64,000 nt of DNA from Candidatus Kaiserbacteria bacterium (lineage in GTDB: Bacteria > Patescibacteriota > Minisyncoccia > Phycocordibacterales > Phycocordibacteraceae), in NCBI GenBank assembly GCA_016194455.1, contig JACQBN010000018.1, positions 10,669-74,668 on the forward strand. Reading direction: 5' to 3'. Numbering within the stretch: the first letter of the stretch is position 1; every line of letters starts with the position of its first letter. The notes below the pieces were generated by a model. That model was given only the letters and a program-made list of their open reading frames with translations. It was not told the origin of the DNA and ran no database searches. Of this stretch, positions 18,035 to 27,739 are shown piece after piece. Made by a program: the position numbers and the translations under genes.

Positions 18035-19159
18035 ATGGAACCGCTTGCCTCGAGGATACGGCCGACAACCATTGCGGATATGGTGGGGCAAGAGCATCTC
18101 GTCGGAGAAGGGAAGCCCCTCCGGGTCGCTATAGAGAAGAAGCATAAATTCTCATTCATACTCTGGGGGCCGCCGGGCTCGGGCAAGACGACACTCGCGC
18201 GTATTTACGCGCGGGCGTTGGACGCTGAGCTTTTTGAACTCTCCGCTGTCTCGGCGGGCAAGGACGACATCAAGAAGATAGTTGCGGCGAAGACAAAAAA
18301 AGACAAAGTGCTCTTCCTCGATGAGATACATCGCTTCAACAAGGCCCAGCAGGACTTCTTACTACCCTTTGTGGAAAGTGGCGAGCTCACCTTGATCGGC
18401 GCAACGACCGAGAACCCTTCTTTTGAAGTCATCGCGCCTCTCCTGTCGCGCTGCCGCGTCTTCGTGCTCGAGCCACTTTCGGAGGAGGCGCTTCGCGCTA
18501 TCGTAAAACGCACGAAGCTGAAAGTGGACGAGAAAGCGTTTGACTGGTTACTCGGCTACAGCAACGGCGACGCCCGGAAGGCACTTGGGATGCTCGAGGG
18601 CGCAGAGAGTTTGTATGGCAAAGTCACAGTTGCGACGCTAAACAGCGCGCTTGAGTCGCCGCACCTGCGCTACGACAAGAAAGGTGAGGAGCATTACGAC
18701 ACCATCAGTGCGTTTATTAAGAGCATGCGCGCGTCGCAGGCGGACGCTGCGCTCTACTATCTCGCGCGGATGGTCGCAGCAGGGGAAGATCCGCTTTTCA
18801 TCGCGCGCAGAATGGTCGTCTTCGCTTCCGAAGACATCGGACTCGCCCAACCCACCGCCCTCGTGGTCGCGAATGCCGTCTTCAGAGCGTGCGAGACGAT
18901 TGGCTACCCCGAGTGTGCTATCAACCTCGCGCACGGCGTCGCGTACCTTGCGCAAGCGAAAAAGAACCGCTCCGCCTACGACGCTCTGCGCGCCGCGCAG
19001 GCAGACGTGCAGGCGTCGGGCAATCTCCCCGTCCCGAAAAAACTCCGTAACCCAGAGACAAAACTCATGAAAGACCTCGGCTACGGTACCGGCTATCAAA
19101 AATATGACCAAGAATCCTATTTGCCCGACAAGCTCACAAAGAAAAAATACTTGAAATAA
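18035..19159 (+). CDS. rarA: Replication-associated recombination protein A (RarA/MgsA)
   Basis: PLASRIRP, WGPPGSGKT, LDEIHRFNKAQQD, ISAFIKSMR, ASEDIG. Confidence 0.96.
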   Translation: MEPLASRIRPTTIADMVGQEHLVGEGKPLRVAIEKKHKFSFILWGPPGSGKTTLARIYARALDAELFELSAVSAGKDDIKKIVAAKTKKDKVLFLDEIHRFNKAQQDFLLPFVESGELTLIGATTENPSFEVIAPLLSRCRVFVLEPLSEEALRAIVKRTKLKVDEKAFDWLLGYSNGDARKALGMLEGAESLYGKVTVATLNSALESPHLRYDKKGEEHYDTISAFIKSMRASQADAALYYLARMVAAGEDPLFIARRMVVFASEDIGLAQPTALVVANAVFRACETIGYPECAINLAHGVAYLAQAKKNRSAYDALRAAQADVQASGNLPVPKKLRNPETKLMKDLGYGTGYQKYDQESYLPDKLTKKKYLK

Positions 19160-19672
19160 CTAACGAGCGGCAAGGCGCTCGAGAATCGCGGACTCGTCCA
19201 CGTCGTCGCGGGCGAAGCGCTCCCGCTGCGTCTTCATAATCGGAATCAAGAAGTCAGCGCTCTGCCACTCAAGAATACTCTGGCCCTCCGCGTCGCTCAT
19301 ATCGCGTCTGACACCGGCGTCCTTCTCGTAGGTGCAGAGGAAGTAGAGCGTCGTTTTTTCAAAAGGGAAGCGTTCGCCGGGCGTCCGTTCGTCGTAGGGC
19401 GTGGAAATGATAGCGCCGAGGTAGTCGTCGAGGGTGGCCACAGCGTTGAACTCCTCAGCGAGCCCGCGCGCGAGCGCGGCTTCGAGCGTTTCGTTCGGCT
19501 CCAGCGTCTCGCGCATAAGAATATATAAGTCGGTAACACCGATGCTCTTCCAGAAGCCCTTCGTGACGTCCTTGGGGAAGTGGTGGACCCTGATGAGGCT
19601 ATCGGCGTTCCTCATCACGGCGCCTACCGAGATATGCTGCGGGTGTTCCTTGCCGCCCTGGAAGTAGTTCAT
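19160..19672 (-). CDS. NUDIX-like hydrolase (degenerate box)
   Basis: SVGAV..., ETLEPNETLEAALARGLAEE. Confidence 0.7.
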   Translation of the reverse strand: MNYFQGGKEHPQHISVGAVMRNADSLIRVHHFPKDVTKGFWKSIGVTDLYILMRETLEPNETLEAALARGLAEEFNAVATLDDYLGAIISTPYDERTPGERFPFEKTTLYFLCTYEKDAGVRRDMSDAEGQSILEWQSADFLIPIMKTQRERFARDDVDESAILERLAAR

Positions 19673-19686
19673 ACGGTAATCATAGC

Positions 19687-19721
19687 AAACAGCGCGGCGC
19701 CCCTGGCGCCGCGCTGTTTTT
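19687..19721. terminator. Terminator hairpin downstream of HU
   Basis: AAACAGCGCGGCGCC-CCT-GGCGCCGCGCTGTTT. Confidence 0.75.
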
Positions 19722-19731
19722 GAGCACCAAA

Positions 19732-20004
19732 TTACTTGACTGCGTCTTTGAGCGCTTTGGCCGCGCGGAACTTGGCCGTGCGGCTTGCTGCGATGTGGAT
19801 CGTCTCGCCGGTGCGGGGGTTCCTGCCCTCGCGCGCAGGGCGCGCCTTGGTAACGAAGATGCCGAGGCCGGCGATCGAGACCTCGTCGCCTGACTTGAGC
19901 CCCTTCGTGATGCTCTCGATCATCGTCTCGACTGCGCGCTCCGCGTCGGCCTTGGTGGAGCCGAGCACTTCCTGCACCTTCCCCGCGATATCTGCTTTGT
20001 TCAT
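19732..20004 (-). CDS. hup: HU nucleoid-associated protein
   Basis: MNKADI, GLGIF, AREGRNPRTGE, FRAAKALKDAV. Confidence 0.96.
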   Translation of the reverse strand: MNKADIAGKVQEVLGSTKADAERAVETMIESITKGLKSGDEVSIAGLGIFVTKARPAREGRNPRTGETIHIAASRTAKFRAAKALKDAVK

Positions 20005-20107
20005 GAATATCGGCTAATTGCTAATCCCGCGGCCTGTGCGGAGCGGGGCAACAGAAAGTATAGGAAATGCGCCGTTTTACGCAATGGGGGTGTGGATAAC
20101 GCAAAAA

Positions 20108-21616
20108 TCAGCGCGCAAACTCAACGACGCGGTTCTCGCGAATGATATTTACCTTGATTTCTCCTGGGTACTTAAGCTCTTGCTGGATCCGCTCGGCAAT
20201 CGCCCGCGCCATCTTGTGCATCGCGAGATCGGAGACCTTGCCGGGGTTCACGAAGATCCGCAGCTCGCGCCCGGCCGAAATGGCGTAGACCTTCTCCACC
20301 CCCTCGAAGGCTTTCGCGAGGCGTTCAAGGTCCCCGAGGCGCTCTAGATAGCGCTCAACGGTATCGCGCCGGGCACCCGGTCTTCCAGCTGAGATGGCGT
20401 CCGCGACCTGGACGATGACCGACTCTGGCGTTTCATAGGGATACTCCTCGTGATGCGACTGCATCGCCTGGATGATCCGCTTGTCGACGCCGAACTTCTC
20501 CAAAATGCGCCGCCCTATTTCCACATGCGTGCCCTGGACCTCGTGATCCACCGCCTTGCCGATGTCGTGGAGGAGGGCGCCGGTGCGCGCGACGAGCGGG
20601 TCGGCTCCCAGCTCGGTCGCGAGCATGCCGGCGAGGTGTGCCATTTCGATCGAGTGCTGGAGCACGTTCTGGCCGTAGCTGGTGCGGAAGTGGAGACGGC
20701 CGAGAAGCGCGATTAACTTCGGGTCAAGCCCAACGACGCCGGCCTCGTACGCGGCGGCTTCACCCTTCTGCCGCACGATCTCAGCGACATCGGCACGCGT
20801 CTTCTCCACGACTTCTTCAATCCGTGCGGGCTGGATGCGGCCGTCGAGGATGAGCTGCTCGAGCGCAAGTTTTGCAATGTGGCGGCGCAAGGGATCAAAA
20901 GAGGAGAGTGTGATCTTGTCCGGCGAATCATCAATGAGGACATCCACGCCGGTGACGCGCTCAAAGGCTTTGATATTGCGGCCCTCCTTGCCGATAATCT
21001 TTCCTTTCATCTCTTCCGAGGGGATGGCGACTGCAAGCGACAGTGTCTCGGCGTTGACCGGATTCCCCAACCGATGGATCGCGCTCGTGAGAATGCTGCG
21101 GGCCTTTTCCTCGAGCCGCTCGCGGCCGTGGGCCTCGAGCTTCTGGAGCCGCGACAGAATTGCCTCTTCGTGGGCGATCTCGACCTCCTTCATCAGCTCT
21201 CCATACGCCTTGTCTGCCGAGATATTCGCAATCTTCCCGAGCTCCTTGGTGCGCTCTTCAATGAGTCGCGAGGCGCGGGCCTCACGCGTTTTGATCTCAT
21301 TTTCCTTGGCGTCGAGATCCCGCTGGCGCGCGTCCAGATATTCCTCACGCGAAGCGAGGCGCTCCTCGGTCTTACTCACCTTCTCTTCCCGTTCCTCGAG
21401 AGGCGCGAGGCGCTCGGTCTCGATGACTTCCCCACGATACGTTGCCTCGGCGACAATTTTATTCGCCGCCTCCTTGGCCTGGAGCAGCTTTTGTTTGATC
21501 TCCAACTCCAAAGAGCCTCGCTGGGCGAGGCCGATCAAAACGCGCAGCACATACCCAAGCGCGATGCCGCCGGCGCCCGAGAGCGCAAGCAGTATGAGAA
21601 CGATTTTGAGTGACAT
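20108..21616 (-). CDS. rny: Ribonuclease Y
   Basis: TM, coiled coil, KH (KGKIIGKEGRNI) and HD (LLHDIGK) domains. Confidence 0.97.
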   Translation of the reverse strand: MSLKIVLILLALSGAGGIALGYVLRVLIGLAQRGSLELEIKQKLLQAKEAANKIVAEATYRGEVIETERLAPLEEREEKVSKTEERLASREEYLDARQRDLDAKENEIKTREARASRLIEERTKELGKIANISADKAYGELMKEVEIAHEEAILSRLQKLEAHGRERLEEKARSILTSAIHRLGNPVNAETLSLAVAIPSEEMKGKIIGKEGRNIKAFERVTGVDVLIDDSPDKITLSSFDPLRRHIAKLALEQLILDGRIQPARIEEVVEKTRADVAEIVRQKGEAAAYEAGVVGLDPKLIALLGRLHFRTSYGQNVLQHSIEMAHLAGMLATELGADPLVARTGALLHDIGKAVDHEVQGTHVEIGRRILEKFGVDKRIIQAMQSHHEEYPYETPESVIVQVADAISAGRPGARRDTVERYLERLGDLERLAKAFEGVEKVYAISAGRELRIFVNPGKVSDLAMHKMARAIAERIQQELKYPGEIKVNIIRENRVVEFAR

Positions 21617-21744
21617 ACGCCCGTTTCGTTAGCCCGCTCCGAGCTATCGGGAGCGAGAACAAGGTCTAAAAGAAAGGAAGAGTGGTGGGGCGATCGTGTC
21701 AGCCAATCAGTGGAGCGGTATGAAGGAAATGTACCACAAACAGA

Positions 21745-22347
21745 CTACTTATACACCTGGTCGACGATGCCGTATTTCTTGGCGTCCTCGGCCGTCATGA
21801 AATAGTCGCGATCCACGTCCTTAGCGATCTTCTCGAGCGGCTGGCCCGTCGTCTTGGCGAGAATACGGTTGGTGCGGTCGCGCTGCGCAAGGATGTGTTT
21901 GGCACTTATTTCAATGTCGGAGGCCTGGCCCTCTGCGCCGCCGTGGGGCTGATGAATCATGACCTCCGCGTGGGGGAGCGCGAAGCGCTTCCCCTTCGCG
22001 CCCGACGCAAGAATGACGGAACCCATCGAGGCCGCCATACCCACACAGACCGTTACAATGTCCGGTTTCACGTGGTTCATGCTGTCGACAATTGCGAGCC
22101 CGGAATGGATGTAGCCACCGGGAGAGTTGATGTAGAGCGAAATATCTTTCTTCGGGTCTTCGGACTCGAGGAAGAGGAGCTGGGCAATAACGAGGTTCGC
22201 GACGCCGTCGTCGATCGGGCCGCCCAGAAATATGACGCGATCCTTCAGGAGGCGAGAATAAATGTCGTACGCGCGCTCGCCGAACTGGCTCTTTTCAAGC
22301 ACCATCGGGATGAGCATGTTGGCACGGGGTTCTGTTTTCGTATTCAT
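21745..22347 (-). CDS. clpP: ATP-dependent Clp protease proteolytic subunit
   Basis: [25 protein letters not shown]; start may be 22317. Confidence 0.97.
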   Translation of the reverse strand: MNTKTEPRANMLIPMVLEKSQFGERAYDIYSRLLKDRVIFLGGPIDDGVANLVIAQLLFLESEDPKKDISLYINSPGGYIHSGLAIVDSMNHVKPDIVTVCVGMAASMGSVILASGAKGKRFALPHAEVMIHQPHGGAEGQASDIEISAKHILAQRDRTNRILAKTTGQPLEKIAKDVDRDYFMTAEDAKKYGIVDQVYK

Positions 22348-22420
22348 AGATGCGAAGAGTGTAGCAAAGAAATCCGCGGAGTCAAAGAAAACGCGGCGCA
22401 AAGCGCCGCAGTTCGTTGTA

Positions 22421-22717
22421 TCAACAGTGCGCGTGGGGGGCGAGGCGTTCCTTGAGTTTCTTTTGGGCACGGCGGCGCTCGTATCCCCGGCCGAGCTCGA
22501 AAGATTTTTTGGCAATCGCATTCAGCTCGCGAGCCAAATCATCATTGCCGAATAGCTTCCAGATTGCTTCAAAATATTCCACATCCACGGGGATTTTCGT
22601 CATCCGGGCCACAGGACCCCCATTGTATTCCTTGGGAGGATACGGGAACACGATAATTCTAGCGATGCCTCCCTCGTGCTCTCGGTCTTCAGTGAGAACG
22701 ACTGTCCACTTCGGCAT
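22421..22717 (-). CDS. Orphan hypothetical protein
   Basis: Own promoter (TTGACT 22775-22770, 17 nt, TAGGGT), GGGAG SD and a hairpin near 22390-22411. Confidence 0.65.
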   Translation of the reverse strand: MPKWTVVLTEDREHEGGIARIIVFPYPPKEYNGGPVARMTKIPVDVEYFEAIWKLFGNDDLARELNAIAKKSFELGRGYERRRAQKKLKERLAPHAHC

Positions 22718-22784
22718 TGGTTTCTCCCTTGTGCCGTTCCAGAGACACCCTACGCCCGCGCGTGCCGCGAGTCAAATATTCAAA

Positions 22785-22967
22785 CTAATACGTCGTGGTG
22801 GTTGCGGAGGGAAGCGGAGTGATTGCACGCTCTTGCGCAATCCGCTTGCCCCAGGCATAAAAGGCGCCGATCGTGATCATCAAAACGATGATCACGATAG
22901 AAATGATGACTCCCCAGGACTGTTGCTTGGAGGTGGGCATCGGCGGCAAGGGGAGCGGAGCATCCAT
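22785..22967 (-). CDS. Small single-TM membrane protein
   Basis: WGVIISIVIIVLMITIGAFYAWG hydrophobic helix; directly follows nusA. Confidence 0.7.
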   Translation of the reverse strand: MDAPLPLPPMPTSKQQSWGVIISIVIIVLMITIGAFYAWGKRIAQERAITPLPSATTTTY

Positions 22968-22978
22968 GGGGGCTTATT

Positions 22979-24361
22979 TTACTCGTCTTCTGCGGACTTG
23001 TCGCGCGACTCTTCCTTATCAACGATGGAGTTGTCTTCGCTCGCGGTGAGCTCCTCCTCGGCGGAGAGTTCGGTGATCTCTTTGGGCGCCTCGGCTGGGA
23101 CGGTGTCCTCACTCTCGGCGGGCATCACGCCCGCCTCCTTCGCGAGCGCATCGGGATCGGCGGCCTCGGCAACCGCGGCGGGTTCGTCGGGTACGGTGAC
23201 TGCTTCCCCGTCGCTCTCGGCGATCTCGCTGCCGCCGGTGGAAACGATGTCGATGTTCCAGCCCGTGAGCTTCGCGGCAAGGCGGACGTTCTGCCCGCCC
23301 CGCCCGATCGCGAGCGATTGCTCGTCCTCCGAAACGGTCACTACTGCGAGATGATCCTTCTCATTGAGCTCCACCGAGAGCGGGGTCGCGGGCGAGAGTG
23401 CTTCTTTAATAAAGTCCTTCTGGTCCTCGGACCACTCAATAATATCAATGCGCTCGCCGCCGAGCTCGCTCATCACGGTGGAGACCCGCACGCCGCGCTG
23501 GCCCACCAGGGAGCCGACCGGATCCACATGCGGATCGAGCGAGGCGACCGTTATCTTGGTGCGGCTGCCGGGCTCGCGCGCGATGCCCTTGACCTCGAGA
23601 CTTCCTGCGGCGAGCTCGGGTGCCTCCTGTTCAAAAAGCTTCACGACGAACTTCGGGTGCGCACGCGAGAGTCGCAGGTAGACCCCGCGGAACCCTTCTT
23701 CAACATTGTAGAGATATGCCCGGATGCGCTCGCCGGGCCGGTAGCGCTCGCCGGGGATCTGCTCCTCGTAGGGGATGAGGCCAGTCGCCCTCCCAAGGTC
23801 GACAAAGATCGCGCCGCGCTCCATGCGCTGCACGATGCCGCTCACGATCTGCCCTTTCTTCTCGCCGAACTCTTCGAGCATCGAGAGTTTCTCTGCCTCG
23901 CGGACTTTCTGGATCACCGTCTGCTTCGCGGTCTGCGCCGCGATACGGCCGAAGTCCTCCTGCGGCTCCAGGGGAAAGACGATTTCGTCACCTAAGGCGG
24001 CGCCGCGCTTCATCAGCTTGGCATCAGCGAGGAGAATGTGCTTCTCCGGGTCAAAGCGCGGGAGCTGTCCTTCCTCTACGACCTCCTCTTCGTGGAAGTG
24101 GTGTGGGTGCGTATCGGGAACTTCCTCGCCCTCCTCGGGGAAACGCACAGTGGTCTCGTCGACGACGGTCTTCACCTGTTCGAAGGAGACGGTGCCGGTG
24201 TTGAGGTCAAGCTTGGAGCGAATAATCTGTCCGCGCTTGCCGTACTCCCTCTTGTACGCGCTCGCCATCGCGCTCTCGATGGCGCTCACCATGGTGATGC
24301 GGCTGATGCCGCGGTCCTCAAACTCTCCGAGCACTGCGTTGATGGTCTTGAGGTCTAACAT
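22979..24361 (-). CDS. nusA: Transcription factor NusA with an acidic C-terminal tail
   Basis: FGRIAAQTAKQ, AREPGSRTK, AIGRGGQNVRLAAKLTGW. Confidence 0.97.
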   Translation of the reverse strand: MLDLKTINAVLGEFEDRGISRITMVSAIESAMASAYKREYGKRGQIIRSKLDLNTGTVSFEQVKTVVDETTVRFPEEGEEVPDTHPHHFHEEEVVEEGQLPRFDPEKHILLADAKLMKRGAALGDEIVFPLEPQEDFGRIAAQTAKQTVIQKVREAEKLSMLEEFGEKKGQIVSGIVQRMERGAIFVDLGRATGLIPYEEQIPGERYRPGERIRAYLYNVEEGFRGVYLRLSRAHPKFVVKLFEQEAPELAAGSLEVKGIAREPGSRTKITVASLDPHVDPVGSLVGQRGVRVSTVMSELGGERIDIIEWSEDQKDFIKEALSPATPLSVELNEKDHLAVVTVSEDEQSLAIGRGGQNVRLAAKLTGWNIDIVSTGGSEIAESDGEAVTVPDEPAAVAEAADPDALAKEAGVMPAESEDTVPAEAPKEITELSAEEELTASEDNSIVDKEESRDKSAEDE

Positions 24362-24502
24362 ATGGATTGTGTATGTCGCACTTTGGTAAAAAGAAAACCC
24401 TAGAGGGGCATTCGATAGAGGCATCGTAGCAGATGCAAGTAGTTGCGTCAAGCAGAGCCTTGGAGTAGAGTGCTCCGCGGAGCAAATAAGAAAGGGCTCG
24501 GC

Positions 24503-24970
24503 ATGGACCGCAGCAAAAGCTTTGACTATCTCAAGGTCGCAACGTATCCGTTCTGGGACGTGTATCTAAGCCGTAACCAGAACCCGTCCATCGGCACGCT
24601 CTACGCCTGGCTGAAGAGACCGGGCGACCTGCAGTACGCTACGGAGCTTGGCAAAGACGAGCTTGCAGAATTCTTCGAGTCCGTTCTTCCCAGCTGCGAG
24701 TCGGCGATTGCCGAATGTTGGAACTTCCAACGGTTGCAGCTCGCGTTACCCGAGGATCCGCGCTACCACGCGCATGCCTATTGGGTCATGGTTCCGCGCC
24801 GGGGGCGTTCGGTGAGGGTCGCCGGCTTCCTGTTCGACGAACAAGCGGTTTTCCCGCAAGGCGTCACTTATTGCCCGCGCGGTGAGCGTGTCCCGAAACA
24901 CCTTCTGCTCAAAATCCGCGATGCGTTATCGGGGAAATTTCCTCAAGAGCGGCGAATCATTCGCGGCTAA
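24503..24970 (+). CDS. HIT-like protein, degenerate paralog
   Basis: Shares YAWLKRPG with the downstream gene; triad reads HAHAYW. Confidence 0.65.
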   Translation: MDRSKSFDYLKVATYPFWDVYLSRNQNPSIGTLYAWLKRPGDLQYATELGKDELAEFFESVLPSCESAIAECWNFQRLQLALPEDPRYHAHAYWVMVPRRGRSVRVAGFLFDEQAVFPQGVTYCPRGERVPKHLLLKIRDALSGKFPQERRIIRG

Positions 24971-25058
24971 GATACCTGCGGCGAGCTCACACTCGCCGCT
25001 TTTTGTTTGCGCATCTGGACCGCGGGGAGTAGACTACAGAGAGAAAGGAAGGTGTCGA

Positions 25059-25490
25059 GTGGCAACCTACGATCAGCTGAAGCTAAAGGAATATGAATAT
25101 TGGATGCTGTACCTACACGCGAATCAGGGTTATCTCGGCCGCGCCTACGCCTGGCTGAAACGCCCGGGCGCCATGCAACGGTTTGGTGGCCTCAAGTTCA
25201 AGGAACGGGACGAGCTCTGGGACCAGGTTCTCCATGAGTATGAAAACTCGGTCGGTCGGTTGTGGACACCGGAGCATATGAACTACGCATGGCTCGGGAA
25301 CGAGTTCAACACCCACTTGGGACACGGGCACTTGCATCTCATTCCTCGGTATCGCCGTGTGGTCTCCTTCGCCGGGGTTGAGTTCTCCGACGGGCAGTGG
25401 GGACATAACTACGCCCCTTATCCGAAGATCAAACTGCCAGAAGCGATCCTCTTCGCGGTTCGCGACGCGCTGAAGAAAGAGCTGAGATGA
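25059..25490 (+). CDS. HIT-family hydrolase
   Basis: NQGYLGR, NYAWLGN, HGHLHLIPRY; GGAAGG SD before GTG. Confidence 0.85.
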   Translation: MATYDQLKLKEYEYWMLYLHANQGYLGRAYAWLKRPGAMQRFGGLKFKERDELWDQVLHEYENSVGRLWTPEHMNYAWLGNEFNTHLGHGHLHLIPRYRRVVSFAGVEFSDGQWGHNYAPYPKIKLPEAILFAVRDALKKELR

Positions 25491-25503
25491 AACTCATGCA
25501 CAC

Positions 25504-25535
25504 CGGGCGCCCTGAAGGGGCGCCCGTTTTCTTTT
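25504..25535 (+). terminator. Rho-independent terminator
   Basis: CGGGCGCCC/GGGCGCCCG stem followed by TTTTCTTTT. Confidence 0.8.
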
Positions 25536-25553
25536 CCGCGTTATACTCTAGCG

Positions 25554-27299
25554 ATGCATGTGTCTGAAGCAGAACTGAAAGAATTTATTATCGATTCGGG
25601 CCTGGTCGCCAAAAAAGAGATTGACGAGGCGGAGGCGCAGGCGAGGAAGAATAAGCAGCCTCTCGGCAATACACTCGTCGCGCGCGGTGCCCTGTCCGAG
25701 GACGCGCTTCGGCGGATCCAGGCCTATGTGCTTGGCATTCCCTTTGTCGACTTGAAGGAGTACCGCGTGCCTATCGACGTGCTCGCACTCATCCCGGAGC
25801 CCATCGCGCGGACGCACAATATTATTGCGTTCAAAAAGGAGAACGACTCGCTCGAGGTCGCGATGCTTGACGTGGAAGACCTCGCCTCGATTGATTCAGT
25901 ACGCAAGAAGACCGGGCTCAAGATCCTGCCACGCCTCACCGACACGGAGAGCATAAGGCATGCGCTCCTCGAATACCAGAAGTCGCTCAAGGACGAGTTT
26001 GGCGACATCATCTCTGCCGAGGCGGGGAAGATCCGCGTCGTGAATGCGGGCGGCGAGCTCTCCGGTGACGAGCTCAAGAAGATGGCGGAGGATCTGCCGA
26101 TTGTACGCATCGTGGATACGCTCCTGCGGCACGCAATTGTGCAGGGCGCTTCGGATGTTCATATGGAGCCGATGGAGACCGAGGTCCTGATCCGCTACCG
26201 CATTGACGGCATCCTCCATGATGCGATGACGCTGCCGAAGGCCGCTGCGGCGGGCATCGTCGCGCGTATCAAGGTGCTCTCCAATTTGAAACTCGACGAG
26301 AAGCGTCTGCCGCAGGACGGCCGCTTCAAGATGGAGACCGAGGCGGACAGAGTCTCCTTCCGCGTCTCGATACTCCCGACCTTCTACGGCGAGAAGGTGG
26401 TCATGCGACTCTTGCGCGAGACGGGCGAGGGCTTCACGCTCGATGCGCTCGGCTTCCATGGCGAAGGCCTTGAACGCATCCACCGTGCGCTTAAGCAGAC
26501 GACCGGCATCATTCTTATCTCGGGCCCGACCGGGAGCGGCAAGACAACGACGCTCTACACGATGCTCGATATCCTCAATACGCCTGACGTGAATATTTCT
26601 ACAATTGAAGACCCGATTGAATACCAAATGAAGCGCATCAATCAGACGCAGGTGAATCCGCAGATCGGCTTCACCTTTGCGAACGGACTCCGCTCCCTCG
26701 TGCGCCAGGATCCGGACATCGTCATGGTCGGCGAGATCCGCGATGGCGAGACGGCTTCGCTCGCGATCAATGCCGCACTCACCGGCCACCTCGTGCTCTC
26801 CACCATCCACACCAACTCGGCGGCGGGCGCGATCCCGCGCCTCATCGATATGGGTGTTGAGCCCTTCCTCCTCGTCTCTACCGTCCGGGTGGTCGTCGGC
26901 CAACGCCTGGTGCGGAAGCTCACGGAAAGCAAGAAACAGTACACGCTCTCCAAGACCGAGCGCGCAAAGGTCGCAGACGACGCAGAGTTCTCAACCGCGC
27001 TCGCGGAGCTCAAGGCCGAGAAGCTGGTGAGGGAGAACGTCGGTATCGATGCGCTGCCGTTTTATAAGCCAGCGCCCTCCGCAGACTCCGAGGACGGCTA
27101 CAAGAGTCGCATCGGCATCCACGAGATTCTCGGCGTCTCCCCCGCGATTCGCGACATCATCCTACACTCAAGCACGAGTGATGCCTTGGAGACGCAGGCG
27201 AAGAAGGAGGGCATGCTCACGATGCTCGAAGACGGCATCTACAAGGCAGCGCGCGGCATCACCTCGCTTGAGGAGGTTCTCCGCGCCGTGACGGAATAA
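25554..27299 (+). CDS. pilB: Type IV pilus assembly ATPase PilB/GspE (copy 1)
   Basis: ASDVHMEP, LPQDGRF, GPTGSGKTTTLY, RQDPDIVMVGEIRD, TGHLVLSTIHTN. Confidence 0.93.
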   Translation: MHVSEAELKEFIIDSGLVAKKEIDEAEAQARKNKQPLGNTLVARGALSEDALRRIQAYVLGIPFVDLKEYRVPIDVLALIPEPIARTHNIIAFKKENDSLEVAMLDVEDLASIDSVRKKTGLKILPRLTDTESIRHALLEYQKSLKDEFGDIISAEAGKIRVVNAGGELSGDELKKMAEDLPIVRIVDTLLRHAIVQGASDVHMEPMETEVLIRYRIDGILHDAMTLPKAAAAGIVARIKVLSNLKLDEKRLPQDGRFKMETEADRVSFRVSILPTFYGEKVVMRLLRETGEGFTLDALGFHGEGLERIHRALKQTTGIILISGPTGSGKTTTLYTMLDILNTPDVNISTIEDPIEYQMKRINQTQVNPQIGFTFANGLRSLVRQDPDIVMVGEIRDGETASLAINAALTGHLVLSTIHTNSAAGAIPRLIDMGVEPFLLVSTVRVVVGQRLVRKLTESKKQYTLSKTERAKVADDAEFSTALAELKAEKLVRENVGIDALPFYKPAPSADSEDGYKSRIGIHEILGVSPAIRDIILHSSTSDALETQAKKEGMLTMLEDGIYKAARGITSLEEVLRAVTE

Positions 27300-27355
27300 T
27301 TGACACGAAAAAAATTCGCAGTAGAGTGGTGGCGGAACACAAGTGGGAGGATGGC

Positions 27356-27682
27356 ATGGGCATGCAGCTTGGGATCATTTACTTGCTTTTGGTGTGGCTT
27401 GTGATCGGTGACTGGCTGGGGCCCGTGAATGCATTCACGATTCTCGCCATCGGCATCGCGCTCCTCACGGCGCTCTGCGGCGGGAAGCGACTCGTCCGCA
27501 AGTTCCTCTGCTTCGTCGCGGGGGAACTGCTCGGGATCGCGCTGTGCGTCTCTTTCTATGCCGCGGTCATCGCGCGCGGGGCGGGAGCGCGCGGGGCGTT
27601 TGACGCGGCCCTCGCGCTCGCCGCGGCCGCGTGTATCATCGCACTCCCGGTCGCGTACCGGATCAAGACGCAGCCGCGGTAG
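27356..27682 (+). CDS. Small multi-TM orphan protein inserted between pilB and pilC
   Basis: Hydrophobic ORF; TTGACA-16-TAGAGT (27300-27327), GGAGG SD, terminator 27683-27720. Confidence 0.7.
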   Translation: MGMQLGIIYLLLVWLVIGDWLGPVNAFTILAIGIALLTALCGGKRLVRKFLCFVAGELLGIALCVSFYAAVIARGAGARGAFDAALALAAAACIIALPVAYRIKTQPR

Positions 27683-27739
27683 CCGCGTCCGCCAGCTGGC
27701 GGACGCGGGCTTTCTTTTTTGCATGCTAAAATTATATCG

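Noticed and set aside
20682..21632. Long antisense ORFs (also 44458-45642, 50484-51755, 25896-26903 and others)
   Set aside because: Shadow frames of well-supported genes, expected in high-GC DNA; no recognisable motifs.
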